A stretch of DNA of 64,000 nucleotides from Frankiales bacterium (GTDB taxonomy: Bacteria; Actinomycetota; Actinomycetes; S36-B12; CAIYMF01), in NCBI GenBank assembly GCA_016125335.1, contig WGLY01000006.1, positions 1 through 64,000 of the forward strand, read 5' to 3'. The notes beneath the pieces are model-generated. The model had not been told where the DNA came from. It searched no databases and saw only the letters and a list, made by a program, of their open reading frames with translations. A program made the position numbers and the translations under genes. Positions 39,522 through 49,742 of the stretch are shown one piece after another; within the stretch, counting starts at the first letter, position 1; each line of letters starts with the position of its first letter.

Positions 39522-41048
39522 GTGCAGTACGCGTTCGCCATCGACCAGCGGACGTGCATCGGCTGCCACGCCTGCACCGTCGCCTGCAAGACCGAGCACC
39601 AGGTGCCCCTGGGCCAGTTCCGCACGTGGGTGAAGTACATCGACAAGGGCGAGTTCCCGGACACCACCCGCGAGTTCGGCGTCATGCGGTGCAACCACTG
39701 CACCGACGCGCCGTGCGTGAAGATCTGTCCGACGCAGGCGCTGTTCAAGCGCGACGACGGCATCGTCGACTTCGACAACAGCAGATGCATCGGCTGCCGC
39801 TCGTGCATGCAGGCCTGCCCCTACGACGCGATCTACATCGACGAGGACACGAACACCGCGGCCAAGTGCAACTTCTGCGCCCACCGCATCGACCAGGGCC
39901 TCGAGCCCGCGTGCGTGGTCGTCTGCCCCACGGAGTCCATCTGGGTGGGCGACATCGACGACCTCACCAGCTCGCTCTCGCGCCTGGTCCGCACCACGGA
40001 GACTCAGGTGCGGTCACCGGAGCAGAACACCGGTCCGAACGTCTTCTACGTGGGGGCCGACCGCGCCGTGCTCGACCCCCTCGCCGCTCCCGTCGACGAC
40101 ACCTACCTGTGGGCCACGCCGGACGCGCACCGCCGCGAGGTGGCCGCCGACCTCCCGCGCGACCCCGTCACCGACGCGCGCACCACGCTCAACACCGCGC
40201 ACCCGCGCCCGTGGGGCTGGCAGGTGACGGCCTACCTCTGGACCAAGGGCTGGGCGGCGGGCGTGGTGCTGGTCACCGCCCTGGCCATGGCGCTGGGGTT
40301 CGGGACGGGAGCCGTCGGCGACTGGGTGGCACCGGTCGTGGGCCTCGTGGGGACGGCCGTCACCGGCGCGCTGCTGGTGGGCGAGCTCAAGCGGCCCGAG
40401 CGCTTCTGGTTCATCTTCCTCAAGCCCAACCCCACCTCCTGGCTCATGCGGGCCGGCTGGATCATGGTCGCCTTCTCGGGGCTCACCGTGCTGTGGCTCG
40501 GCGCCTCCTACCTCGGCGCCACGGCGCCGCGCGCCTGGATCATCGGGCTCAGCGCCGTCGCCGCGGTGCTGCTTGCGGGCTACAGCGCGTTCCTCTTCGG
40601 CCAGGCCGAGGGCCGCGACCTGTGGCAGTCGCCGCTGCTGTTCTGGCACCTGCTCGTGCAGGCGGTCATGGTCGGGTCGGGTGTGCTGGTCCTGACGGAG
40701 ACGGTGGTCTCCACCGAGACCGCGCTGCGGCCGTGGACCATCCGGGTGCTCGCCGTCTCGACGGCCGTGCACCTGCTCATGCTGCTGGTCGAGTACTCCG
40801 GGCGGCACGCCTCGCGCAACGCCGCCGCCGCGGCCCACATGATCGTGAGAGGGCGCTACGCGCGGACGTTCTGGCTGGGCGGGGTCGGGCTCGCCTGCCT
40901 CGCCCTCGTGCTCGCGGCCACCGGCTGGAGCGCGACGTCGGGGCCTGGCCTGTGGCTGGCCGCGGTGGCCGGCGCCCTCGTGCAGGGGGCCCTGCTCGCG
41001 TACGAGAGCGTGTTCGTCCGGGCCGCGCAGGACGTGCCGCTGTCATGA
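39522..41048 (+). CDS. Fused 4x[4Fe-4S] ferredoxin and NrfD/PsrC-like membrane anchor subunit of a molybdoenzyme complex
   Basis: Four CxxCxxCxxxCP clusters in the first ~150 aa (CIGCHACTVAC, CNHCTDAPCVKIC, CIGCRSCMQAC, CNFCAHRI...CVVVC). About 8 TM helices follow. No signal or TAT peptide. GTG with GGGAGG RBS. Confidence 0.85.
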   Translation: MQYAFAIDQRTCIGCHACTVACKTEHQVPLGQFRTWVKYIDKGEFPDTTREFGVMRCNHCTDAPCVKICPTQALFKRDDGIVDFDNSRCIGCRSCMQACPYDAIYIDEDTNTAAKCNFCAHRIDQGLEPACVVVCPTESIWVGDIDDLTSSLSRLVRTTETQVRSPEQNTGPNVFYVGADRAVLDPLAAPVDDTYLWATPDAHRREVAADLPRDPVTDARTTLNTAHPRPWGWQVTAYLWTKGWAAGVVLVTALAMALGFGTGAVGDWVAPVVGLVGTAVTGALLVGELKRPERFWFIFLKPNPTSWLMRAGWIMVAFSGLTVLWLGASYLGATAPRAWIIGLSAVAAVLLAGYSAFLFGQAEGRDLWQSPLLFWHLLVQAVMVGSGVLVLTETVVSTETALRPWTIRVLAVSTAVHLLMLLVEYSGRHASRNAAAAAHMIVRGRYARTFWLGGVGLACLALVLAATGWSATSGPGLWLAAVAGALVQGALLAYESVFVRAAQDVPLS

Positions 41049-43930
41049 CCGAGCACACGGAGGCGACGCCGATGACGCAGGGCTCCGGCCCCGAGCTGCC
41101 GGGCATGCGCACCCGCTTCGGGCTGCGCAACTTCCCGCCCGTCGAGCAGTGGGACTGCGTCCTGCTCGACGACCCCAAGGCGCACCCCCGGCGCGAGTCC
41201 GCCGAGTACACCCTGGTCCCCACCACGTGCTTCAACTGCGAGTCGGCCTGCGGGCTGCTCGCCTACATCGACCGCTCCGACCTCTCGGTGCGCAAGTTCG
41301 AGGGCAACCCCGCGCACCCGGGCTCGCGCGGACGCAACTGCGCCAAGGGACCCGCCACGATCAACCAGGTGACCGACCCCGAGCGGATCCTGCACCCGCT
41401 GCGCCGCGTCGGCCCGCGGGGCGGCGGAGGCTGGGAGCAGGTCACCTGGGACGACGCGCTCGACGACATCGCCGCACGGATGCGCCGCGCGATGTCGGAG
41501 GGCCGGCGCGACGAGATCATGTACCACGTCGGTCGCCCCGGCGAGGACGGCTTCGCCGAGCGGTTCCTCATGGCGTGGGGCGTCGACGGGCACAACAGCC
41601 ACACCAACATCTGCTCCGCCGGCGCCCGATTCGGCTACACGATGTGGGGCGGCTTCGACCGCCCCTCGCCGGACCACGCCAACGCGCGCGTGATCCTCCT
41701 GCTCTCCAGCCACCTCGAGACGGGCCACTACTTCAACCCGCACGCCCAGCGGATCATGGACGCCAAGCGCAACGGCGCGCGTCTCGTCGTCCTCGACCCG
41801 CGGCTGTCCAACACCGCCTCGCACGCGGACCTGTGGATGTCGCCCTGGCCGGGCAGCGAGGCCGCGATCCTGCTCGCGGTGGCGGCGTACCTGCTGCGCA
41901 CGCGCAGCATCGACGAGGCGTACCTCGAGCGGTGGCTCAACTGGCGCGAGTACCTCGCCAACCTGCACCCCGAGGCCCCGCAGGACTTCGCCACGTTCCT
42001 CGACCGGCTCACCGACGACTACGCGCACTACACGTTCGAGTTCGCCGCGCAGGAGGCCGACATCCCGGTCGCCCAGGTCGAGGAGCTCGCGCGCACCGTC
42101 GCCGGCGCGGGCAACCGCCTCGCGGCGCACGTGTGGCGCAGCGCCGCCGCCGGCAACTACGGCGGCTGGACCGTGTCGCGCGCGCTGATGCTCCTCGTCG
42201 TCCTCACGGGGAGCGTGGGCACGGTCGGCGGCACGAGCCCCAACGGCTGGGACAAGTTCATCCCCCACGGGCCGAACATGCCGCCGGCGCACGAGAGCTG
42301 GAACGAGCTGCTCTGGCCGCGCGAGTACCCGCTGTCGACCAACGAGCTGTCGATCCTCCTGCCGCACTTCCTCAAGGACGGCCGCGGCCACGTGGAGGTG
42401 TACTTCTCCCGGGTCTACAACCCGGTCTGGACCAACCCGGACGGCTTCAGCTGGCTCGAGGCGCTCACCGACGAGTCGCAGGTGGGCCTGCACGTCGCGC
42501 TCACGCCCACCTGGTCGGAGACGGCGGAGTTCGCCGACTACGTGCTGCCCATGGGCAACGGCGCCGAGCGCCACGACACGCACTCGTACGAGACGCACGC
42601 GGCCAAGTGGCTCGGCTTCCGGCAGCCGGTGCGCCGGGTGGCGATGGAGCGGCTCGGCATGCCCGTCGCCGACACCCGCGACGCCAATCCCGGCGAGGTG
42701 TGGGAGGAGAACGAGTTCTGGTTCGAGCTGTCGTGGCGGATCGACCCGGACGGGTCGCTGGGCATCCGGCAGTACTTCGAGTCCCCGTACCGGCCCGGTG
42801 AGAAGGTCACCGTCGACGAGTACTACCGGTGGATCTTCGAGAACCAGGTGCCCGGCCTGCCCGAGAAGGCGGAGGCCCTCGGGCTCACACCGCTGGCGTA
42901 CATGAGGAAGTTCGGCGTCGTCGAGGTCGCGAAGGACGTGTACCGGCTCGACGAGCGGCCGCTCACCGAGGCCGAGCTCGACGGAGCGGTCGAGGAGCCG
43001 GGAGGGGTGCTCCGCAAGCCCGTCACGCTCGACTCGGCGCCCCCGCTCGTCGGCGAGGCCGGCGCGGTCGGGCTCGTCCACGACGACGGCACCCGAACGG
43101 CCGGCTGGCTCACGCCCTCGCGCCGGCTCGAGATCTACTCCACGTCGCTGCGCGACTGGGGCTGGCCCGAGCACGCGACACCCGGCTACATCGAGTCGCA
43201 CGTGAGCCGGCGCAAGGTCGACGTCGGGGCCGGCGAGCTGGTGCTGATCCCTACCTTCCGCCTGCCGACGATGATCCACACGCGGTCCGGAAACGCCAAG
43301 TACCTCAACGAGATCAGCAACACCCACCCGTTGTGGCTCAACTCGGTCGACGCCGCCCGCGCGGGGGTGCGCACCGGCGACCTCGTGCGCATCACCACCG
43401 CGATCGGCCACTTCGTGGCCCGCGTGTGGTCCACGGAGGCGATCCGCCCCGGTGTCTGCGCGCTCTCCCATCACATGGGCAGGTGGCGGGCGAACGAGGG
43501 CGAGGGGAGCCGCTGGGTCAGCGGCAAGGTCGACCTGTCCCGGCCGGACGGCGAGGGCCGCTGGATGCTGCGCTACACGTCCGGGGTCGCACCGTTCGAG
43601 TCGTCCGACGCCGACAGCGCCCGCGTGCACTGGGACGACCCCGGTGTGCACCAGAACCTCGCGTTCCCCGTGCAGCCGGACCCGTGGTCCGGCGCGCACT
43701 GCTGGCTGCAGAAGGTGCGGCTCGAGCCCGCGCACGCCGACGACCGCTACGGCGACGTCGTCGTGGACACCCGGCGCTCCCGCGAGGTCTACCGCGAGTG
43801 GCTCGCCCTGACCCGCCCCGCGCTCGGGCCCGACGGGCAGCGCCGCCCGGAGTTCCTCATGCGCCCGGTCAAGCCCAAGCGCAAGGCGTTCCGCGTGCCG
43901 GTCGATCCGGCGCCGGACGGCGCGCAGTAG
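41045..43930 (+). CDS. Molybdopterin (Mo-bisPGD) oxidoreductase catalytic subunit, no TAT signal
   Basis: N-terminal FS0 cluster (TCFNCESACGLLAYID...C). MopB regions. C-terminal molydop_binding beta-barrel. ATGA overlap with the upstream gene. 961 aa. Confidence 0.9.
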   Translation: MTEHTEATPMTQGSGPELPGMRTRFGLRNFPPVEQWDCVLLDDPKAHPRRESAEYTLVPTTCFNCESACGLLAYIDRSDLSVRKFEGNPAHPGSRGRNCAKGPATINQVTDPERILHPLRRVGPRGGGGWEQVTWDDALDDIAARMRRAMSEGRRDEIMYHVGRPGEDGFAERFLMAWGVDGHNSHTNICSAGARFGYTMWGGFDRPSPDHANARVILLLSSHLETGHYFNPHAQRIMDAKRNGARLVVLDPRLSNTASHADLWMSPWPGSEAAILLAVAAYLLRTRSIDEAYLERWLNWREYLANLHPEAPQDFATFLDRLTDDYAHYTFEFAAQEADIPVAQVEELARTVAGAGNRLAAHVWRSAAAGNYGGWTVSRALMLLVVLTGSVGTVGGTSPNGWDKFIPHGPNMPPAHESWNELLWPREYPLSTNELSILLPHFLKDGRGHVEVYFSRVYNPVWTNPDGFSWLEALTDESQVGLHVALTPTWSETAEFADYVLPMGNGAERHDTHSYETHAAKWLGFRQPVRRVAMERLGMPVADTRDANPGEVWEENEFWFELSWRIDPDGSLGIRQYFESPYRPGEKVTVDEYYRWIFENQVPGLPEKAEALGLTPLAYMRKFGVVEVAKDVYRLDERPLTEAELDGAVEEPGGVLRKPVTLDSAPPLVGEAGAVGLVHDDGTRTAGWLTPSRRLEIYSTSLRDWGWPEHATPGYIESHVSRRKVDVGAGELVLIPTFRLPTMIHTRSGNAKYLNEISNTHPLWLNSVDAARAGVRTGDLVRITTAIGHFVARVWSTEAIRPGVCALSHHMGRWRANEGEGSRWVSGKVDLSRPDGEGRWMLRYTSGVAPFESSDADSARVHWDDPGVHQNLAFPVQPDPWSGAHCWLQKVRLEPAHADDRYGDVVVDTRRSREVYREWLALTRPALGPDGQRRPEFLMRPVKPKRKAFRVPVDPAPDGAQ

Positions 43931-43982
43931 CGGGGGTCACGCCGGTCCGCGCGCGGTGCCGGCCGCGGACGGGAGACGCGGT

Positions 43983-44750
43983 CTACATGCGCTCCTTGAC
44001 GCCGCGGCGGATCAGCAGCCAGTTGACCGGGTAGGCGGTGGCGAACCCGACCAGCATGGCGATCTGCATAGCGGCCCAGAACGTGGGAGACGAGACGGCG
44101 GCGCGCCCGCCGATCGCCGCCGGGAGGATCCAGAGCTGCACCAGGGCCATCGTCCCGTACATGCCGACCTGCCACGACGAGATGGAGAAGGTGTCGGCGG
44201 TGACAGCGGCCTTGAGCCCCTTGCGCAGCCCGAGGCCCCGCATGGGGGCGATCGCGAAGTACTGGAACGCGATGCCGATGGCGAAGGCGGCCACGAAGTC
44301 GAGCACCCACGTGGCGTAGATCCGGTCCTCGAACAGCCAGCCCGAGCCGCCCAGCACCGCGGCGGCGGGGAGCAGGAGCACCAGCCACTCCACGAGCAGG
44401 TCGCCGAGCGCGCATCCGGCGCCGCAGTGCGAGGCTCCGGTGAACACCGAGACCGCCATCGGCGGCTCGTCGTCCTGATCGGGACGCGGCTCGCCGCGCC
44501 GCGTCGCGCGGCCCCAGCGCAGGTAGGCGGCCAGCCACAGCAGCGAGCCGAACAGGGCGGTCAGCGGCCACACGAGGCTCATCACGCCCATGCGCTGAGG
44601 ACGTCGCGCCACGTCGACGGCGACGAAGGCGGCGCAGGCCACGCCGAGCACGACCATCACCGTCGACACGGCGACGAGGGGCCAGGGCTGTTCGTTCGTC
44701 GAGAGCTCCATCGCGCCCGGTGCTGCCCACGCCCCGCCGGGCCCACTCAT
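43983..44750 (-). CDS. DUF4396-like integral membrane protein with CxxxC motif
   Basis: Five to six TM helices. ASHCGAGCALGD motif. Start at 44750 or the ATG at 44710. Confidence 0.6.
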   Translation of the reverse strand: MSGPGGAWAAPGAMELSTNEQPWPLVAVSTVMVVLGVACAAFVAVDVARRPQRMGVMSLVWPLTALFGSLLWLAAYLRWGRATRRGEPRPDQDDEPPMAVSVFTGASHCGAGCALGDLLVEWLVLLLPAAAVLGGSGWLFEDRIYATWVLDFVAAFAIGIAFQYFAIAPMRGLGLRKGLKAAVTADTFSISSWQVGMYGTMALVQLWILPAAIGGRAAVSSPTFWAAMQIAMLVGFATAYPVNWLLIRRGVKERM

Positions 44751-44961
44751 GCGCACGCCCGTCCGTCCGGAAGACGGAGCCCGGCGCGCGATCCTCCGGC
44801 GCGCGGCGACGAACGCGGACATCGCCGTTTCCGAGGAGCGACGAGGGGTACGGCGAGCGACGGCGACGAGCGAGCGACCCCGCTCCGGCGCCACGACCAC
44901 CGCGGTACGCCGGCGATGTCGCGCGTCCGTCGGGACGAGGACGAGACGAGGAGGCCTGGAC

Positions 44962-46731
44962 ATGGGACGGATCGCATCGGAAGCGCTGGTCGAGCGGCTC
45001 GCGGAGTGGGGGGTCGACACCGTCTTCGGAATACCCGGCGACGGGATCAACGGGATCATGGAGGGCCTGCGGCGGCACACCGACAAGGTGCGGTTCGTCC
45101 TCGTGCACCACGAGGAGGCCGCGGCGTTCATGGCCTCCGCATACGCTAAGGCGACCCGGCGCGTCGGTGTCTGCCTGGCGACCTCCGGCCCCGGCGGCAT
45201 CCACCTGCTCAACGGCCTCTACGACGCCAAGCTCGACCACGCCCCGGTCCTCGCGATCACCGGCATGCAGGAGACCAGCGTCCTCGGCACCGGCTACCAG
45301 CAGGAGGTCGCCCTCGACCAGCTCTACGCCGACGTCGCCGAGTACAACCTCGTCGTCACCAACCCGGCGCAGCTCCCCGGCGTCGTCGACCTCGCCATGC
45401 GCACGGCACTGTCGCGCATGGGGGTCGCGCACCTGTGCTTCCCGAACGACGTGCAGGTGGCGGACGCCGACGCCGACCCCTACGCCCACGTGGCTCCGGC
45501 CAACCCGCCGGCGACCGCGCCCGTCTGGCTGCCGTCCCCGGGGCGCCCGCGCGAGGAGGACCTCATGGCCGCGGCGGACGTGCTCAACGAGGCGGAGCGG
45601 CCCGCGATGCTCGTCGGTGTCGGCGCGGCCCACGCCCGGGCCGAGGTACTGGCCGTGGCCGAGGCGTGGGGAGCGCCCGTCATCAAGACGCTCAAGGGAA
45701 AGGCCGTCGTGCCCGACGACTCGCCCTACACCGTCGGTGGCATCGGCCTGCTGGGCACGAAGCCGGGCGAGGAGCTCGTCGAGGACTGCGACGTGCTGCT
45801 GATGGTGGGCACGAACTTCCCCTACACCAAGCACCTGCCGGAGCCGGGCAAGGTGAAGGTCGTCCAGATCGAGGCGGACCCCACCCGCGCCGGCGCGCGG
45901 CTGCCCACCGAGGTGCCGATGATCGGTGACGCCAAGGAGGGTCTCGCTGCGCTCCTCCCGCTGCTCAAGCCGCGGGGCAACAACGACCACCTCGCGTCGT
46001 ACCAGAAGAAGATGGACTCCTGGCGCTCGGACATGGAGGCGCTCGAGGACGCGAAGCGCACCCCGATCGCACCCCAGTTCCTGGTGGGTGTCATCGACGA
46101 CCTCGCCGACGACGACGCGATCCTCACCTGCGACTCCGGCACGATCGCGACGTGGGCCGCGCGCCACTGGACGATCCGCGGCGAGCGCGAGTTCTACCTC
46201 TCCGGCAACCTCGCGACGATGGCGCCCGGCCTGCCGTACGCCGTCGGCCTCCAGCACACGTTCCCGGACCGCCAGGTGATCGCCTACGTCGGCGACGGAG
46301 GCTTCGCCATGCTGATGGCGGAGTTCCTCACCGCCGCCGAGCACGGCCTGCCGATCACCGTCGTGGTCAACAACAACCACGCGCTCGGCCAGATCCTCTG
46401 GGAGCAGATGGTGCTCGGCTACCCGGAGCACGGCGTGCGCTTCGCCGAGCCCCGCAGCGACTTCTCCGCCTGGGCGCGCTCGTGCGGCGGCCTGGGCGTC
46501 AAGGTGACCGACCCGGCCGACCTCAAGGGAGCGATCTCCGAGGCGCTGCGCCACGACGGGCCGTCGCTGGTCGACGTCGACGTCGACGCCGACGAGCCGC
46601 CGCTGCCCGGCAAGGTCACCTACGAGCAGGCCCGCAAGTTCGCGACGGCGTGGCTGCGGGGCCAGCCGCACAAGGCGTCGATAGCGACGACGCTGTTCAA
46701 GGACAAGATCTCCCAGCTCCGCGCCCGATGA
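44962..46731 (+). CDS. Pyruvate oxidase / pyruvate dehydrogenase (quinone)-like TPP enzyme (PoxB-like)
   Basis: TPP-enzyme N-terminus (VFGIPGDGINGI...HHEEAAAFMASAYAKAT...SGPGGIHLLNGLYDA). TPP-binding GDGGF. PoxB-like amphipathic C-terminal tail. GAGGAGG RBS. Confidence 0.85.
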   Translation: MGRIASEALVERLAEWGVDTVFGIPGDGINGIMEGLRRHTDKVRFVLVHHEEAAAFMASAYAKATRRVGVCLATSGPGGIHLLNGLYDAKLDHAPVLAITGMQETSVLGTGYQQEVALDQLYADVAEYNLVVTNPAQLPGVVDLAMRTALSRMGVAHLCFPNDVQVADADADPYAHVAPANPPATAPVWLPSPGRPREEDLMAAADVLNEAERPAMLVGVGAAHARAEVLAVAEAWGAPVIKTLKGKAVVPDDSPYTVGGIGLLGTKPGEELVEDCDVLLMVGTNFPYTKHLPEPGKVKVVQIEADPTRAGARLPTEVPMIGDAKEGLAALLPLLKPRGNNDHLASYQKKMDSWRSDMEALEDAKRTPIAPQFLVGVIDDLADDDAILTCDSGTIATWAARHWTIRGEREFYLSGNLATMAPGLPYAVGLQHTFPDRQVIAYVGDGGFAMLMAEFLTAAEHGLPITVVVNNNHALGQILWEQMVLGYPEHGVRFAEPRSDFSAWARSCGGLGVKVTDPADLKGAISEALRHDGPSLVDVDVDADEPPLPGKVTYEQARKFATAWLRGQPHKASIATTLFKDKISQLRAR

Positions 46732-49700
46732 CCGCCGTGGAACGCGTCGCCCCGCCGGAGATGCGGCGGCTGGCGGCCATCGACGTCCGCGTGCTCGAGG
46801 AGCGCCTGAAGGAGCTCGTCGGGGGCGACGTGCGCTTCGACCCGGCTGCCCGCGGCGCCTACTCGACCGACGGCTCCAACTACCGCCAGGTGCCGATCGG
46901 CGTCGTCGTGCCGGCCACGGTCGAGGACGGCGCGCGGGCCGTCCGCGTCTGCCACGAGCTGGGAGTCCCCGTGGTGAGCCGCGGCGGGGGGACGAGCCTG
47001 GCGGGCCAGGCGTGCAACGTCGCCGTGGTCGTCGACTGGTCGCGCTACTGCAACCGCATGGTCTCGTTCGACCGCGACGCGCGCACCGCCGTCGTCGAGC
47101 CGGGGATCGTCCTGGACGACCTCAACCGTCAGCTGGCAGACGCGGGGCTGGAGTTCCAGCCCCAGCCGGCGACGCACGGCCACTGCACGCTCGGCGGGAT
47201 GATCGGCAACAACTCCTGCGGCGCCACGGCGATGGCGTACGGCACCACCAAGCACCACGTGCGCCGGCTCGAGGTGCTCACGGTCGACGGCGTCCGTATG
47301 TGGGTCGGCCCCACCTCCGAGGAGGAGCACGCCGCGATCCAGGACGCCGGCGGACGTCGCGCCGAGATCTACCGCGGCCTGCGCGAGCTCGTCGACCGGC
47401 ACGCCGACGCCATCCGCGAGCGCTTCCCCGACATCCCGCGACGGGTCTCCGGCTACAACCTCGACTCGCTGCTGCCGGAGAACGGGTTCGACCTGGCGAA
47501 GGCCCTCGTCGGCTCGGAGTCGACCCTCGTCACGGTGCTGCACGCCGAGCTGGAGCTCGCCGAGCGCGTCCCCGAGCAGGCGTTCGTCGTGCTCGGCTAC
47601 CCGAGCATCGAGGAGGCGGCGTATGCCGCTCCCCGCGCCGCGGAGCACCACCCGCTGGTGCTCGAGGGCATGGACGACCGCCTCATCCACTACCAGCGCG
47701 AGGAGGACCGCAACCGCGAGGCGCTGCGCCTGCTGCCCGAGGGCGAGGGCTGGCTGGTCGTCGGGCTGGGCGCGGACAGCCACGACGAGCTCGAGCGCCG
47801 GATCGCCGCGGTCGAGGACGACCTCGCCGGCGACGGCGGTGCGACGAGCCGCGTGTTCCGCGACGAGCGGCAGCGCACGGAGCTCTGGGAGGTGCGCGAG
47901 GCCGCGCTCGGCGCGACCGCGCAGGCACCGGAGATGCCGGACACGTGGCCCGGCTGGGAGGACTCCGCGGTCCCTCCGGAGCGCCTCGGCGAGTACCTGC
48001 GCGCCTTCGGCGAGCTGCTCGACCGCTACGGCTACGGGGCCGCCTCCCGCTACGGCCACTTCGGCCAGGGCTGCCTGCACATCCGGATCCCGTTCCAGCT
48101 CACGACCGCCTCCGGCGTCGCCGACTTCCGTGCGTTCATCCAGGAGGCGGCGGAGCTGGTGTCCGGCCTCGGCGGCTCGCTCTCCGGCGAGCACGGCGAC
48201 GGCCAGGCCCGCGCCGCGCTGCTCCCGCTGATGTTCGGCGACGAGGTGGTGCACGTCTTCGAGGAGGTCAAGGACCTGCTCGACCCGGCGAACCTGATGA
48301 ACCCCGGCAAGGTGGTGCGTCCGCACGCGCCCGACGAGAACCTGCGTCTCGGTTCCGACTTCGAGCCCGCGACGGTTCAGACGTGGTTCCGCTACACCGA
48401 GGACGAGAACAGCTTCGCCCGCGCGGCGCAACGCTGCGTGGGCGTGGGCAAGTGCCGCAACCAGACCGGTGCCGTGATGTGCCCCTCGTACCGGGCCACC
48501 GGCGCCGAGGAGCACTCGACCCGCGGGCGGGCACGCCTGCTCTTCGAGATGCTCGACGGCCACGGCGACAGCCCGGTGCAGGACGGCTGGGCGTCGCAGG
48601 ACGTGCACGACGCGCTCGACCTGTGCCTGGCCTGCAAGGGCTGCAAGCACGACTGCCCGGTCGAGGTCGACATGGCCACCTACAAGGTCGAGTTCCTGGC
48701 CCACCACTACGCGGGGAGGCTCCGCCCGGGCGCGCACTACGCCATGGGCTGGCTGCCGGTGTGGGCCCGCGCCGCGTCGTTCGCGCCCGAGGTGGTCAAC
48801 CTCGCCACCCGGCTCGGCCCCCTGACCCGGACGGCGCAGCGGCTCGCCGGCGTCGAGAAGGACCGGCCGGTCCCGCGGTTCGCGAAGCACCGGTTCGTCG
48901 ACTCGTTCCACCGCCGCGGCTCCCGCGGCGACGGACGGCGCGGCACGGTGATGCTCTGGCCGGACACCTTCACCAACAACTTCCACCCGGAGGTGGGCCG
49001 CGCCGCCGTCCGGGTGCTGGAGGACGCCGGCTACCGCGTCACGGTCCCCGACGGCACCGTCTGCTGCGGGCTCACCTGGATCACGACCGGTCAGCTGGGC
49101 ATCGCCCGGCGCGTGCTGGGCCGCACGGTCGCGGCGCTCGCCGACCACGTGCGGGCCGGTGGCCTGGTGGTGGGCCTCGAGCCGAGCTGCACGGCCGTGT
49201 TCCGCTCCGACGCGCAGGAGCTGATGCCCCACGACGAGGACCTCTCGCGGCTGGCCGACCAGACGCGCACGCTCGCCGAGGTGCTCGTGGACACCGACGG
49301 CTGGGAGCCGCCGCAGGTGGGCCGCGACGCGGTGGTGCAGCCGCACTGCCACCAGCACGCCGTGCTCGGCACCGGGCCGGACGAGGAGGTGCTGCGTCGT
49401 GCCGGGGTGAGCACGACGTCGGTCGGTGGCTGCTGCGGGCTCGCGGGCAGCTTCGGCTACGAGCCGGGGCACCTCGACGTCTCGGTCGCGTGCGCGGAGC
49501 ACGAGCTCATGCCCGCCCTGCGCGACGCCGACCCCGGATCGCTCGTGCTGGCCGACGGCTTCAGCTGCCGCACGCAGATCGAGCAGCTCGGCGGCGGCAC
49601 CGCGCGCCACCTCGCGGAGGTCCTCGCCGCCGGGCTGGCCCGTCGCGACGCGGAGGACCTCCCCCGCAACGGGCGCGGCCAGATCGTGCGGCACCTCGAC

Positions 49701-49742
49701 CGGCACACCCCCGCACCGGGGCCGGGCGGGTGGCCGCGATGA
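46728..49742 (+). CDS. FAD-linked oxidase (GlcD-like) fused to Fe-S/CCG (GlcF/GlpC-like) domains; Dld/YdiJ-type 2-hydroxyacid dehydrogenase
   Basis: FAD_binding_4 (VVSRGGGTSLAGQ). Ferredoxin-type CxxCxxCxxxCP (CLACKGCKHDCPV). Two CCG cysteine-rich domains. ATGA overlap with the upstream gene. Confidence 0.88.
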   Translation: MTAVERVAPPEMRRLAAIDVRVLEERLKELVGGDVRFDPAARGAYSTDGSNYRQVPIGVVVPATVEDGARAVRVCHELGVPVVSRGGGTSLAGQACNVAVVVDWSRYCNRMVSFDRDARTAVVEPGIVLDDLNRQLADAGLEFQPQPATHGHCTLGGMIGNNSCGATAMAYGTTKHHVRRLEVLTVDGVRMWVGPTSEEEHAAIQDAGGRRAEIYRGLRELVDRHADAIRERFPDIPRRVSGYNLDSLLPENGFDLAKALVGSESTLVTVLHAELELAERVPEQAFVVLGYPSIEEAAYAAPRAAEHHPLVLEGMDDRLIHYQREEDRNREALRLLPEGEGWLVVGLGADSHDELERRIAAVEDDLAGDGGATSRVFRDERQRTELWEVREAALGATAQAPEMPDTWPGWEDSAVPPERLGEYLRAFGELLDRYGYGAASRYGHFGQGCLHIRIPFQLTTASGVADFRAFIQEAAELVSGLGGSLSGEHGDGQARAALLPLMFGDEVVHVFEEVKDLLDPANLMNPGKVVRPHAPDENLRLGSDFEPATVQTWFRYTEDENSFARAAQRCVGVGKCRNQTGAVMCPSYRATGAEEHSTRGRARLLFEMLDGHGDSPVQDGWASQDVHDALDLCLACKGCKHDCPVEVDMATYKVEFLAHHYAGRLRPGAHYAMGWLPVWARAASFAPEVVNLATRLGPLTRTAQRLAGVEKDRPVPRFAKHRFVDSFHRRGSRGDGRRGTVMLWPDTFTNNFHPEVGRAAVRVLEDAGYRVTVPDGTVCCGLTWITTGQLGIARRVLGRTVAALADHVRAGGLVVGLEPSCTAVFRSDAQELMPHDEDLSRLADQTRTLAEVLVDTDGWEPPQVGRDAVVQPHCHQHAVLGTGPDEEVLRRAGVSTTSVGGCCGLAGSFGYEPGHLDVSVACAEHELMPALRDADPGSLVLADGFSCRTQIEQLGGGTARHLAEVLAAGLARRDAEDLPRNGRGQIVRHLDRHTPAPGPGGWPR

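Noticed and set aside
41045-41140. Twin-arginine (TAT) signal on the molybdoenzyme catalytic subunit
   Set aside because: The N-terminus contains MRTRFGL but no RR pair followed by a hydrophobic h-region. The FeS partner also lacks a signal. Interpreted as cytoplasmic-facing, though a dedicated predictor should confirm.
40856-43735. 959-aa minus-strand ORF
   Set aside because: Antisense to the molybdopterin oxidoreductase catalytic subunit.
46620-49706. 1028-aa minus-strand ORF
   Set aside because: Antisense to the FAD/Fe-S oxidase gene.
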